A stretch of 32,000 nucleotides of DNA from assembly GCF_000341395.1 (NCBI RefSeq), contig NC_020304.1, forward strand, positions 1,830,001 to 1,862,000, written 5' to 3'. The stretch comes from Desulfocapsa sulfexigens DSM 10523. GTDB taxonomy: Bacteria; Desulfobacterota; Desulfobulbia; Desulfobulbales; Desulfocapsaceae. A program made the translations under genes and the position numbers. The number at the start of each line of letters is the position of its first letter. Position 1 is the stretch's first letter. The notes under the pieces are model-generated. The model worked only from the letters and a program-made list of their open reading frames with translations, searched no databases and was not told where the DNA came from. Shown here piece by piece: positions 9,484 to 18,100 of the stretch.

Positions 9484-11946
9484 TTATTCCTCGGTGTAAA
9501 AACTCCATGTTTTAGTGGATGGTGAATACAGGTAATCCATCTGCAGACGCAGTGGTCTCCCTCCTGAAGTTTCAGTGCATTGCATTCTGAATAACATTTT
9601 GTCATCAATGTTTCTAAGGTATTCAACAGCAGGAGCACTGAGAGCAGACCGGGTTGCCGCTGGATAGTGTTTTAGGAATAATTTCTCGTAGTTGTCTGTC
9701 AGGTAGCTGATTTGTTCAATGAGAAGTACTTGTTTTTCTGCTTCTTCTATCTGGTTTGCAATTTCCTTGAGGATGGTTGTGAATTCTGCCTGGTCTGTAA
9801 ACTGACTCCTGGTGATGGCTTTTTGTATGGCTTCAAGTTTACCAATGGCCAATGCAAAATCATCAGACTTAAGGTGTTTTGCCACATCCTGTTTGTTTTT
9901 TATTATTTCCGCATGAAGCATGATTCTGGAAAGTTTGATGCGGCTTTCTTCGGTATCTATCCGACTGAGTAACTTGGAGTTCTCTTCAAGGAGAATAATA
10001 GCTTTTTCATACTGGGCAATAACTTCATCCCATTTTGAGGCTGCAAAAGCCTTCTTTCCCTTTTCGATGGTCATATATATCTTTGTCTTCGCAATATTTT
10101 CGTGAAGATTGGATATCGTATCTGATTTTGAAAGATTAAGCTTCTGAACAAGATCGAGGGCTAACTGATAGCTGCTGAGGGCTTTGTCCCACTCCCCGGC
10201 GTTGAAAAATTCATGGCCCTGATCTCGGAGGGTATTAAATTTTGCCTGATTAGAGAGAAGTTCTAGTTGGGTGATGTCTTCCGGCAGTACGTTTGGGTTT
10301 GCTTTTGCCAGCTGCAGAGCTTTGCCAAAATGGGTTGTAGCGCCATTCCAGTCAGAGATGCTTAGAGATTTTTCGCCAGCATGCATCATACTGTTAAATT
10401 GGGCGCGGGAGTGTTTCTGGTTGACCTCGGCAAGCATTGCGTCATCTATTGCTTCTGTCTTTTTTGCTATTTCTAATGCCTTAGCGTAGCTGCTTACCGC
10501 GTCAGCCCAACGTTCCTGGGTGAAAAAAGAATCACCATTCTTTTTGGTCTCCTGGAAAGTGAGCAAAAACTCTTTAGTCGTTTCTGTGATATATTGGCCA
10601 TCAAAAAGAATTTTCCCAGCCAGTCCTTGACGAAATTTAGGTGAAGCGAGGAGGTTCTCTATCTTTTTTGCAAGTTCGTCTTTTTCGTTCTGCTTGACTA
10701 GCTGTATCTCAGTAGTAAGGCGTAATGCTTCATTGCATTTTTTTTCAGCTCCCTGAAAATTGTTTGCAGTTAGAAGGTTTTGACATTCGTCGAACTGTTT
10801 CCTTGCTTTTTTCAGGTTTGATCCCAATGAAAGATAACTGAGAGTCACGGTGACAATAAGAGCAATGGAACCGCATGCTAATGCAAAGAAAAATAACTTT
10901 TTGCTAACTGCTTTAGAATCTTCGAAAAAGGTTCTTTTGGCCGATGATGGTGCATTAGAGTCTTGATCAGGAACGGAAGTTTCTGAGTCCTCAGCCGTGT
11001 CGTTGGAGTCCTGCTCGTCTGATACATTATTTACCCAGTCACCAAGAAGATCAAAGGCCTGTTGTACCCTGTCCTTCGCTTCTTGAAGATTTGGATAATC
11101 GGAGACCAGTTTCTCTATGGAAGTGTATTTTTCGAGTGCCTCCTTTTGCTTTCCCTGGTGCTCAAGCTTGTCAGCCTCGTGATAGATTGCCATGGCTTGA
11201 TCCATGGCTGTGCGAGTCTGTTCTTCAAAACCTTCACGACCTTCAAAAGGTTCATGGATTGACTGAAGTTCGCGAGAGAGAGCCTGGAAACGTTTCTGCT
11301 TGGCAATCACGCGCAAGCGGTCAGTATCTATTTTTACGGGTGGTGTAGATTCTTTGAGGGGTGCAAAGGAAGTACCGAAGTCATCGTCGTCAAGAGTGTC
11401 AATACCTTTCTGGTCGTCATCTGAAACGTCCCAGTCAATGCCTTCCTCAATGTCTTCCTCTATGGGAGTCGGAGTAATTTTTTCTAAATCAGGTGTGTCG
11501 AAGGGGAGCTGATCCCTGTTGTCTCTATACCAGTCGGCGGCTTCTTCATTGAAGGCATTGCTATTAGAGTATATTTCCCCGGAAATCATGCGGGCAATAT
11601 GAATAATAAGGGTGATTATAGACTTGTCGGCTTCCCAAACATCCCCGATACAAATTGCGGATGAGTCAAAATCTGGATGGAATGTAGGACTTTCCGGGAT
11701 ACAGTTAGGAGGAAAATGAGGAAAGCCAAATGGTAGGGAAATAGAAATGACATGATTGTCGCAACTGTAGACCTCACCGCTGTTTTCTCTGCACATTCCA
11801 GTTATCCTGAAACTGACAGTATATTGATCAGGAGGATTGCCTTCTCCAGGCATCACAGTTATAGCTGGGATGTCTGCAAAGTATTCGTTTACTTCCTGGA
11901 ACACTGTATCGAGTTGATTACTGGTTTTGTTCATAGCGGATGACAA
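9484..11946 (-). CDS. E2/UBC-like domain - acidic linker - single TM helix - TPR-like repeat array protein
   Basis: 820-aa ORF (numbering as in the ORF track; TTG at 11946, first ATG at 11934). The N-terminal ~145 aa match the UBC core: FPHFPP, HPD (11671-11679) and AICIG Cys99 (11650-11652). The TM segment LFFFALACGSIALIVTVTLSYL is aa 351-372 (10831-10896). aa ~375-740 form amphipathic helix pairs of TPR type. Confidence 0.8.
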   Translation of the reverse strand: MSSAMNKTSNQLDTVFQEVNEYFADIPAITVMPGEGNPPDQYTVSFRITGMCRENSGEVYSCDNHVISISLPFGFPHFPPNCIPESPTFHPDFDSSAICIGDVWEADKSIITLIIHIARMISGEIYSNSNAFNEEAADWYRDNRDQLPFDTPDLEKITPTPIEEDIEEGIDWDVSDDDQKGIDTLDDDDFGTSFAPLKESTPPVKIDTDRLRVIAKQKRFQALSRELQSIHEPFEGREGFEEQTRTAMDQAMAIYHEADKLEHQGKQKEALEKYTSIEKLVSDYPNLQEAKDRVQQAFDLLGDWVNNVSDEQDSNDTAEDSETSVPDQDSNAPSSAKRTFFEDSKAVSKKLFFFALACGSIALIVTVTLSYLSLGSNLKKARKQFDECQNLLTANNFQGAEKKCNEALRLTTEIQLVKQNEKDELAKKIENLLASPKFRQGLAGKILFDGQYITETTKEFLLTFQETKKNGDSFFTQERWADAVSSYAKALEIAKKTEAIDDAMLAEVNQKHSRAQFNSMMHAGEKSLSISDWNGATTHFGKALQLAKANPNVLPEDITQLELLSNQAKFNTLRDQGHEFFNAGEWDKALSSYQLALDLVQKLNLSKSDTISNLHENIAKTKIYMTIEKGKKAFAASKWDEVIAQYEKAIILLEENSKLLSRIDTEESRIKLSRIMLHAEIIKNKQDVAKHLKSDDFALAIGKLEAIQKAITRSQFTDQAEFTTILKEIANQIEEAEKQVLLIEQISYLTDNYEKLFLKHYPAATRSALSAPAVEYLRNIDDKMLFRMQCTETSGGRPLRLQMDYLYSPSTKTWSFYTEE

Positions 11947-12130
11947 GCCTGTAAAGTAAGAAAGCAGAACAACCCTGCTGAATTATGAATCATTAATGTT
12001 TTTATATTAAACCCACAGATATCATAAGTATAGCAGTAAGTTCTTGTAAAACAAAAATATTTGTTATAAGAGCTGAAAAAAAGCATATTTTTATCATTAA
12101 GATGGAGTGTCTGTGGTAAAATAGGAAGGA

Positions 12131-13192
12131 ATGAAGCCACCGAAAATACATTTTAGAATTGTAACCGACAATAATTGTCCGTTATATAATGAAGGTGATT
12201 TACTGTCACTTTCAGCGAAAACTCTTACTTGTCCCGAAAACAAGGAGACTTGTCTGATTCTTGTACGGGAGATGACTAAGCTTCTCTTTGAACTGCTGGA
12301 CAGATCTCCAGAAGAAGAGGCAAGTACTAAGGTCTACAGCTGTAGTGGCTGTTCTGGACTTATTAAATTTCAACGTATTCCAGACGAACTTGCCAGGCAG
12401 GATGATCCAGTTTCCCCGGAGCAACCGCTTGACCCTGAAGGTGAGGCACTGCTGACAGAAATTTCTGATTTTCCAATAATTTGTGCTGTGCCGGATGTTG
12501 AGCTTGCTAATGTGATTCGCTGTTTTCGTAAAGAGCAACTTCCTGCAAATTTTACCTTTATCAACAAGGGAAGGCAGGGCATCTATCTCTATCTTATTCT
12601 TTCCGGCGACATTGTCGTCAGTGATAACGCACTTGCTATTGCCCACCTCGGAAGAGGAGACATTTGTGGAGAAATGAGCTATCTCGGGGGCGATGTTGCT
12701 GGTGCTGATGTGAAAACTGTTACGAAATCTGAAGTTCTTTCTATTACCGGTGATGCCTTCAGTCAACTTCTGGATCGTATCCCGGAACTACAACTCTTTA
12801 TGGCAAAAATACTGGTTCAGCGCCTGGCGAAATCCAATGCCAGTCATTTTAATGTCTTTGACGCCTGCATGAGTGGCTGGATTCGTGAAATGCCTCCGGC
12901 TGAATTGTTCCAGGTATTTCATATGCACCAGAAGACAGGAGTTCTTTCTCTTGATCTGCCTTTGGGTGTGGCGAAGGTCTCTTTTCGGGAGGGTTGTGTT
13001 ATTAATGCCCAATATAGAGATATGACCAGTCAGGAGGCTATTTTTGCCATGCTTAAGGAGCGAGAGGGAAGGTATACATTTACCAGCGGGCTTTCTCCCG
13101 AAGAGATGAAGGCTGCTGAGATTGGCGATTTTATGATGTTGCTTATGGAAGGAATAAAAAGAGTGGATGAGTCTGCTGAAGAAGGTAAATGA
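12131..13192 (+). CDS. Cys-rich N-domain + cyclic-nucleotide-binding (CAP_ED) + DUF4388/PATAN-like domain protein
   Basis: 353 aa. The cNMP-binding beta-barrel signature is GDICGEMSYLGG within aa ~110-230. The C-terminal block (PPAELFQVFHMHQKTGVLSLD...EGRYTF) resembles DUF4388. The N-terminal ~80 aa carry the Cys residues NCP...CP...C...CSGC. No DNA-binding HTH was recognised. Confidence 0.75.
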   Translation: MKPPKIHFRIVTDNNCPLYNEGDLLSLSAKTLTCPENKETCLILVREMTKLLFELLDRSPEEEASTKVYSCSGCSGLIKFQRIPDELARQDDPVSPEQPLDPEGEALLTEISDFPIICAVPDVELANVIRCFRKEQLPANFTFINKGRQGIYLYLILSGDIVVSDNALAIAHLGRGDICGEMSYLGGDVAGADVKTVTKSEVLSITGDAFSQLLDRIPELQLFMAKILVQRLAKSNASHFNVFDACMSGWIREMPPAELFQVFHMHQKTGVLSLDLPLGVAKVSFREGCVINAQYRDMTSQEAIFAMLKEREGRYTFTSGLSPEEMKAAEIGDFMMLLMEGIKRVDESAEEGK

Positions 13193-13193
13193 G

Positions 13194-13820
13194 CTACTGT
13201 TGAAACGGTGGGAGCTTGAGGATTTCCATAAAGTTGTTTACGTGATATTCCGCGGCAAGTTTTTTATTCTTAAAACCGATCAGGCGCATTCCACATCCTG
13301 CAGAATGTTCGCGGTCAATTACAGAGTCGCCAATATATATGGCTTCGTCTACTTCACAGTTACAATGTTCCAAAATTTCCAGCAATGCATCTGGGGCAGG
13401 TTTGGGACGTCTGGCATTTTCCGCAGTCATCACTTTGACAAAATAGTCCTTGAGTTTGAAAATCTCAAGAATCGGTTCCATGGTGTTGGTCCGGTTGGTG
13501 GAAACAGCTAACTGGTAACGCGGTGCACAGGTATCTAAAAATTGAATCAGATCATCTTCCATTCTCATGTACTGTAAAAAAGGGGCATAACCTATCTCTT
13601 GACGGAAGGTATCAACATCCTGGATATTCTGGTCAGGATAATGACGGAAAATGTGGCGGATTGATTCGTGTACATTATGAATATGGACGAATTCCAGTTC
13701 TTCTTCGTTCATGGCTGGATAACCAAAATGGTCGAGCAGGTGGTTGTAATAGGTCTGGTTTGCAAATTTAGAGTCAAACATCACCCCATCACAATCAAAT
13801 ATCACGAGTTTAAGCTTCAT
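13194..13820 (-). CDS. HAD-superfamily hydrolase (subfamily IA, phosphatase-like)
   Basis: DxD motif VIFDCDGVMFDS, motif II (AVSTNR) and C-terminal GDSxxD are present. The preferred start ATG at 13820 overlaps the upstream stop as ATGA (13820-13817). Confidence 0.85.
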   Translation of the reverse strand: MKLKLVIFDCDGVMFDSKFANQTYYNHLLDHFGYPAMNEEELEFVHIHNVHESIRHIFRHYPDQNIQDVDTFRQEIGYAPFLQYMRMEDDLIQFLDTCAPRYQLAVSTNRTNTMEPILEIFKLKDYFVKVMTAENARRPKPAPDALLEILEHCNCEVDEAIYIGDSVIDREHSAGCGMRLIGFKNKKLAAEYHVNNFMEILKLPPFQQ

Positions 13821-14548
13821 TGTTGAAAAAGTACTCCATGCAGCCATTCAATTCCAAAAAGAAGAAGCTGTTCATCGTCTTTACAGGCTTCCTTCTTGTG
13901 AAGATACTGGTTTTGTTGTGGTAACCTGCCTTCATCCAGCTGTTTGCGGAATGAATCCAGGTTGTACAGTGCAAGAACAAAGAATTCTGTCTGTTCCAGG
14001 GTAAGTTGCAGGCCCTGCCTGATCTTTTCATGCTGGAGCAGAGTGGCAACTTTGTCGTTAAGCCTATTGTAGCGCTCCAGGCACTGGCCCTCGCTGTAGC
14101 GTTTTGGTGTTTGTTCTTCTTTCTCCTGAAAGCCATGGCAGTGCGGTTCGTTTAAGAGTACAAAAAATTCCTCCATACGGTTGTCATCACGGCGCATGGC
14201 TGCTCTGCCCATGGGGTAGGCTCTGCAGGCTCCGGGTCTGCCGGGGTAGACCGTGCAACCAGTGTCGGAAACAAAGACACAGGACGCCTGTCCATCATCT
14301 ACCATGGTAAGATAAAAACGTGGAAAGACATCTTCGGTTTCCTGTTCCTGAATCACATAGCGTTCCAGAAAAATACTGGAATGGAGGTTTGTTTCATGTT
14401 TCAGACGTAGAACGTCATATGGCGTGAGGGCGAGCTCAAGTTGTCTGCAGCAGTCCGTGAAACAGTTAACATCAGGATGGCAGGAGAAGCAGAATGTTTC
14501 ACCTGAGTCAAGCCTGCGGACATTTTCTGGTAATTGTGGCTGGTCCAT
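13817..14548 (-). CDS. YkgJ-family (UPF0153) cysteine-cluster protein
   Basis: Motifs CFSCHPDVNCFTDCC and C...GCTVYPGRPGACRAYP are present. The start at MDQPQ (14548) avoids overlapping the secDF 3' end. Confidence 0.8.
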   Translation of the reverse strand: MDQPQLPENVRRLDSGETFCFSCHPDVNCFTDCCRQLELALTPYDVLRLKHETNLHSSIFLERYVIQEQETEDVFPRFYLTMVDDGQASCVFVSDTGCTVYPGRPGACRAYPMGRAAMRRDDNRMEEFFVLLNEPHCHGFQEKEEQTPKRYSEGQCLERYNRLNDKVATLLQHEKIRQGLQLTLEQTEFFVLALYNLDSFRKQLDEGRLPQQNQYLHKKEACKDDEQLLLFGIEWLHGVLFQQ

Positions 14549-14552
14549 TTTT

Positions 14553-17129
14553 CTAATTTTTCTTTTCCGGCCACAGAGTAAGCACAGGGCTGGCAATAAA
14601 TATTGATGAATAGGTGCCTACCATAACGCCAAGAAGAAGGGCAAGGGCAAAATCGTGGATGACAGATCCACCGAAGAAAAAGAGAGCAAGAAGCACCATA
14701 GCAGTGGTTAATGATGTCACAAAGGTACGGCTCATAACCTCATTAATACTTCTGTTTATCTGCTGCAGGAGGGAGTGATCCTCTGACTTTTGCATATTTT
14801 CTCTGATACGGTCAAATACAACAACCGAATCATTAAGTGAATATCCGGCAAGTGTCAGAAGGGCTGTTACGATGAGCAGGGTTATTTCAACATTGAGGAG
14901 CCAGCAGAGACCAAGTACCACAATTACATCGTGGAAGGTTGCAACGGCGGCCGCAAGCCCAAAGCGGATATCAAAACGCATAGCCAGGTAGGCGATGACC
15001 CCAAGCAGCGAAATAAATATTGCCTGAATGGCCTTGTTTCTGAGAACAGCACTGACAGAGGAACCGATTTCAGATTGACTTTCGAGGACAAATCCTTTCT
15101 CTGCCATATTGTTTTCAAGAATCGCAGTGATCTGCTCACTGAAATCTCCAACCACTTCTTCGGATTTCTTAATTTTGACGATCAGGCGGTGCTCTCCTTC
15201 AACCTCCTGAAGGTTGGCGTTCTTGAGATCATTGGCTTCAAAAACCGTTCGTACTTCATCCATTGTGAAATCAGTCGTTGCTTTGTACTGAAGTAAAGAG
15301 CCGCCGGAGAAATCAACACCCATGTTGGCATTGCCCCTTGCGATCTGGATAAAGGAAAAGAGGCCAATGGCTATAAGGACTCCAGAGATTGCAAAGGTGA
15401 TATTCCGTATACCCATGAAGTTAATATTTGATTTTTTCACAAACTGCATGAAATGAAGCTTCTTCAAAGAGCGGAAGGAGTAAAGGGTATCGAACAGTAA
15501 TCTGGAACAGAAAAGAGCTGTGAAAAGGTTAAAAATAATACCAAGTGACAGGGTGATTGCAAATCCCTTGATCGGTCCGGTTCCAAACATAAATAGAGCC
15601 ATGGCAGTGATCAGTGTTGTTACCTGGGAGTCGACAATGGTCGAGAAGGCCTTGCCGAAACCTCCATCCACACTGGACTTGACAGATTTTCCTAGATTGT
15701 ACTCTTCACGCATTCGTTCAAATATAAGGACATTTGCATCAACCGCCATTCCGATGGAAAGAATGATACCGGCGATACCGGGGAGCGTGAGCGTTGCATT
15801 CAGAATGGCAAGACCTGTAAAGAGGAAAAGAATATTCAAGACAAGAGCTGTGTTGGCGATGATACCTGACAGCCTGTAATAAATAACCATAAAGGCAAAA
15901 ACGATCAGTGTGCCAAAGACACCGGATGTCAATCCTTTGCTGATGGAGTCCTGACCAAGACTTGCGCCAACGGTCATGTTCTGGATAATGTCAACGGGAG
16001 CTGGCAGTGCACCAACACGAAGGACAATGGCAAGATCCGCTGCTTCTTCATGGGTAAAGCTGCCACTGATCTGGGCGGAGCCACCAAGGATTTTCTCGCG
16101 AATAACAGGAGCAGAACGCACGACATCATCGAGGACAATGGCCATCCGTTTCCCAACGTTTTCTTCTGTGAGCTTGGCGAAGACCCTGCCGCCCTTTGCC
16201 GTGAAATCGATTGAGACATAGGGCTCATTGAACTGGTTTGAAATCCGCACTTGAGCATTCTTGACCATTTCTCCTGTCATTAAGATTTGCTCATCAAGAA
16301 GAATGGGGCGAACGATCTCTTTTCCGGTCGTTGCGTCCACCTCCTTTTCTATGTAAATCTTTGTGTCTGTAGGAAGTCTGTTTTGCAGGGCCTGATTGAG
16401 TTTTTCAAGTTCCTCGTGGTTGGACCAGGTACCGTCCCACAGGCCAGCAGTGCGTGTTTCTTCTGCAAGAAGGCCTATGTTGATTCCAGCTGCATCGGCA
16501 ACTTTTTTAAATTCAAGCTGGGCGGTGTCACCCAGGAGTTTCAGGGCGCGTTTGGGGTCTTTTACGCCGGGGAGCTGGACAACAAGTTCTGCCTCCCCCT
16601 GTCGGATGATGACCGGTTCTGCCACACCAAACTGATCAATTCTGTTTCGAATAATTTCAAGGGATTGTTCCACAGCGTGGGTGCGGATAAAATCAATTTC
16701 CGAACTTTTGAGTGTTACTGTTATTTTGGGAAATGATCCTTCCTTTGCATCTACCTTGATATTTATTTCGGGAAAACTGTCTTGAACCACTTTGTTTACA
16801 GTATCAACAGCACTGGAGTTAGGTAGAGTGAAAAGAACAACATTTGTTTCTGATTTTGTCCGTACAGCACTTATGCCCTGCTCTTTCAGGAGGTCTTTCA
16901 GCTCATTGGCAGCAAGTTCGAGCGAATCTTCTTCAGCCTTATCCAGATTGACTTTGAGAACAAGATGCATCCCACCCTGAAGATCCAGGCCGAGTCGTAA
17001 TCCCTCTGGGGACATGTATTTTTTCCACCAGTCTGGAGTAGAACTGTAAAAGGAAGGAATAATAGTCACAACGGAAAGGGCAATGACAAAAATGAGCGCA
17101 GAAATTTTTAACTTTAATGATGTGTTCAT
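14553..17129 (-). CDS. secDF: fused protein-export membrane protein SecDF
   Basis: 858-aa single ORF. The SecD part carries LGLDLQGGMHLVL, a periplasmic P1 domain and 6 TM segments. A SecF part follows (INFMGIRNITFAISG..., GVDFSGGSLLQY, a second set of TM segments). Confidence 0.95.
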   Translation of the reverse strand: MNTSLKLKISALIFVIALSVVTIIPSFYSSTPDWWKKYMSPEGLRLGLDLQGGMHLVLKVNLDKAEEDSLELAANELKDLLKEQGISAVRTKSETNVVLFTLPNSSAVDTVNKVVQDSFPEINIKVDAKEGSFPKITVTLKSSEIDFIRTHAVEQSLEIIRNRIDQFGVAEPVIIRQGEAELVVQLPGVKDPKRALKLLGDTAQLEFKKVADAAGINIGLLAEETRTAGLWDGTWSNHEELEKLNQALQNRLPTDTKIYIEKEVDATTGKEIVRPILLDEQILMTGEMVKNAQVRISNQFNEPYVSIDFTAKGGRVFAKLTEENVGKRMAIVLDDVVRSAPVIREKILGGSAQISGSFTHEEAADLAIVLRVGALPAPVDIIQNMTVGASLGQDSISKGLTSGVFGTLIVFAFMVIYYRLSGIIANTALVLNILFLFTGLAILNATLTLPGIAGIILSIGMAVDANVLIFERMREEYNLGKSVKSSVDGGFGKAFSTIVDSQVTTLITAMALFMFGTGPIKGFAITLSLGIIFNLFTALFCSRLLFDTLYSFRSLKKLHFMQFVKKSNINFMGIRNITFAISGVLIAIGLFSFIQIARGNANMGVDFSGGSLLQYKATTDFTMDEVRTVFEANDLKNANLQEVEGEHRLIVKIKKSEEVVGDFSEQITAILENNMAEKGFVLESQSEIGSSVSAVLRNKAIQAIFISLLGVIAYLAMRFDIRFGLAAAVATFHDVIVVLGLCWLLNVEITLLIVTALLTLAGYSLNDSVVVFDRIRENMQKSEDHSLLQQINRSINEVMSRTFVTSLTTAMVLLALFFFGGSVIHDFALALLLGVMVGTYSSIFIASPVLTLWPEKKN

Positions 17130-17198
17130 TCAGAATCCTGAAAAAATAGTGCTGATTGATTTGTTAGAAAACAATTGAATCGGACAAAAATTAAGAGA

Positions 17199-17996
17199 TT
17201 ATACTGTACTGCCCGAATCTTGCAAGGATTCAGGCCTGTTTTTTCTATTAATGGCTGATGCGTGACAGGCTGCACCGAATCCATTGTCGATATTAACAAC
17301 GGCAAGACCAGGAGCACAGCTGTTAAGCATCCCGAGAAGAGCAGTGATTCCACCAAAACTGGTTCCGTAACCTATGGATGTTGGTACTGCCACCACTGGG
17401 CAGCTGCATATTCCACTCACCACACTGGGGAGAGCTCCCTCCATTCCGGCCACCACAATGATCACAGAGGCTGCAGTAATTGCCTCCTGTTGGCTGAACA
17501 GGCGATGAAGGCCGGCAACTCCTGCGTCGTAATGGGTGCTGACAGGGTTGCCAAGGGCCTGGGCGGTTATTTTAGCCTCTTCTGCCACTGGTATGTCAGA
17601 TGTCCCGGCGCAGAGAATAAGTATGTTTCCGTGTACACGCGTCGGGTCAGGTTCCTGCAGGTTGCAGGAGAGCATTCTGGCCCTGGTGTGATAGGTTATT
17701 TCGGGACAGGATTTCCTGATATGATTAGCTTTCTCAGGGTCGATGCGGGTGGCAAGAAAGAGAGCTTGCTGCTGTAGGAATGTTTTTGCAATAGCAACGA
17801 TTTGCGCAGCACTTTTTGACTCCCCGTAAATGACTTCAGGGATACCGGTTCGAAGGCTTCGATGGTGGTCGATACAGGCGTCTTTGATGAATTGTCCCGG
17901 CATATGGCGGAGTGCGTGTACAGCCTGTTCAACCGAGCAATTCCCCTGCTGCACGTCAGTGAAGAGTTTTTCTATACCGTCTTGATTCATTGGCAT
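17199..17996 (-). CDS. larB: LarB-type NCAIR-mutase (PurE)-like protein, nickel-pincer cofactor biosynthesis carboxylase/hydrolase
   Basis: 265 aa with a C-terminal PurE-like fold: ILCAGTSDIPVAEEA, VAGLHRL, VVAGMEGALPSVV, VVAVPTSIGYG. It has the N-terminal extension typical of LarB. Confidence 0.8.
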   Translation of the reverse strand: MPMNQDGIEKLFTDVQQGNCSVEQAVHALRHMPGQFIKDACIDHHRSLRTGIPEVIYGESKSAAQIVAIAKTFLQQQALFLATRIDPEKANHIRKSCPEITYHTRARMLSCNLQEPDPTRVHGNILILCAGTSDIPVAEEAKITAQALGNPVSTHYDAGVAGLHRLFSQQEAITAASVIIVVAGMEGALPSVVSGICSCPVVAVPTSIGYGTSFGGITALLGMLNSCAPGLAVVNIDNGFGAACHASAINRKNRPESLQDSGSTV

Positions 17997-18100
17997 TACT
18001 TTTAGGGTGGAAAGTTAAATGTGAAAAGTTTAAGGTACCACCATAATAAACTAAGGTGAATTTTCGTACTAAAATAATTTATGTTCTAAGGAGTTTTTGA

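Noticed and set aside
12212-12766. 184-aa minus-strand ORF inside the cNMP-binding gene.
   Set aside because: It is a shadow ORF opposite a frame with clear domain signatures.
14549-14596. N-terminal extension of the YkgJ-like ORF (MPALCLLCGRKRKIRK...) overlapping the secDF 3' end.
   Set aside because: The internal Met at 14548 gives a non-overlapping gene 4 nt after the secDF stop. The extension is probably not translated.
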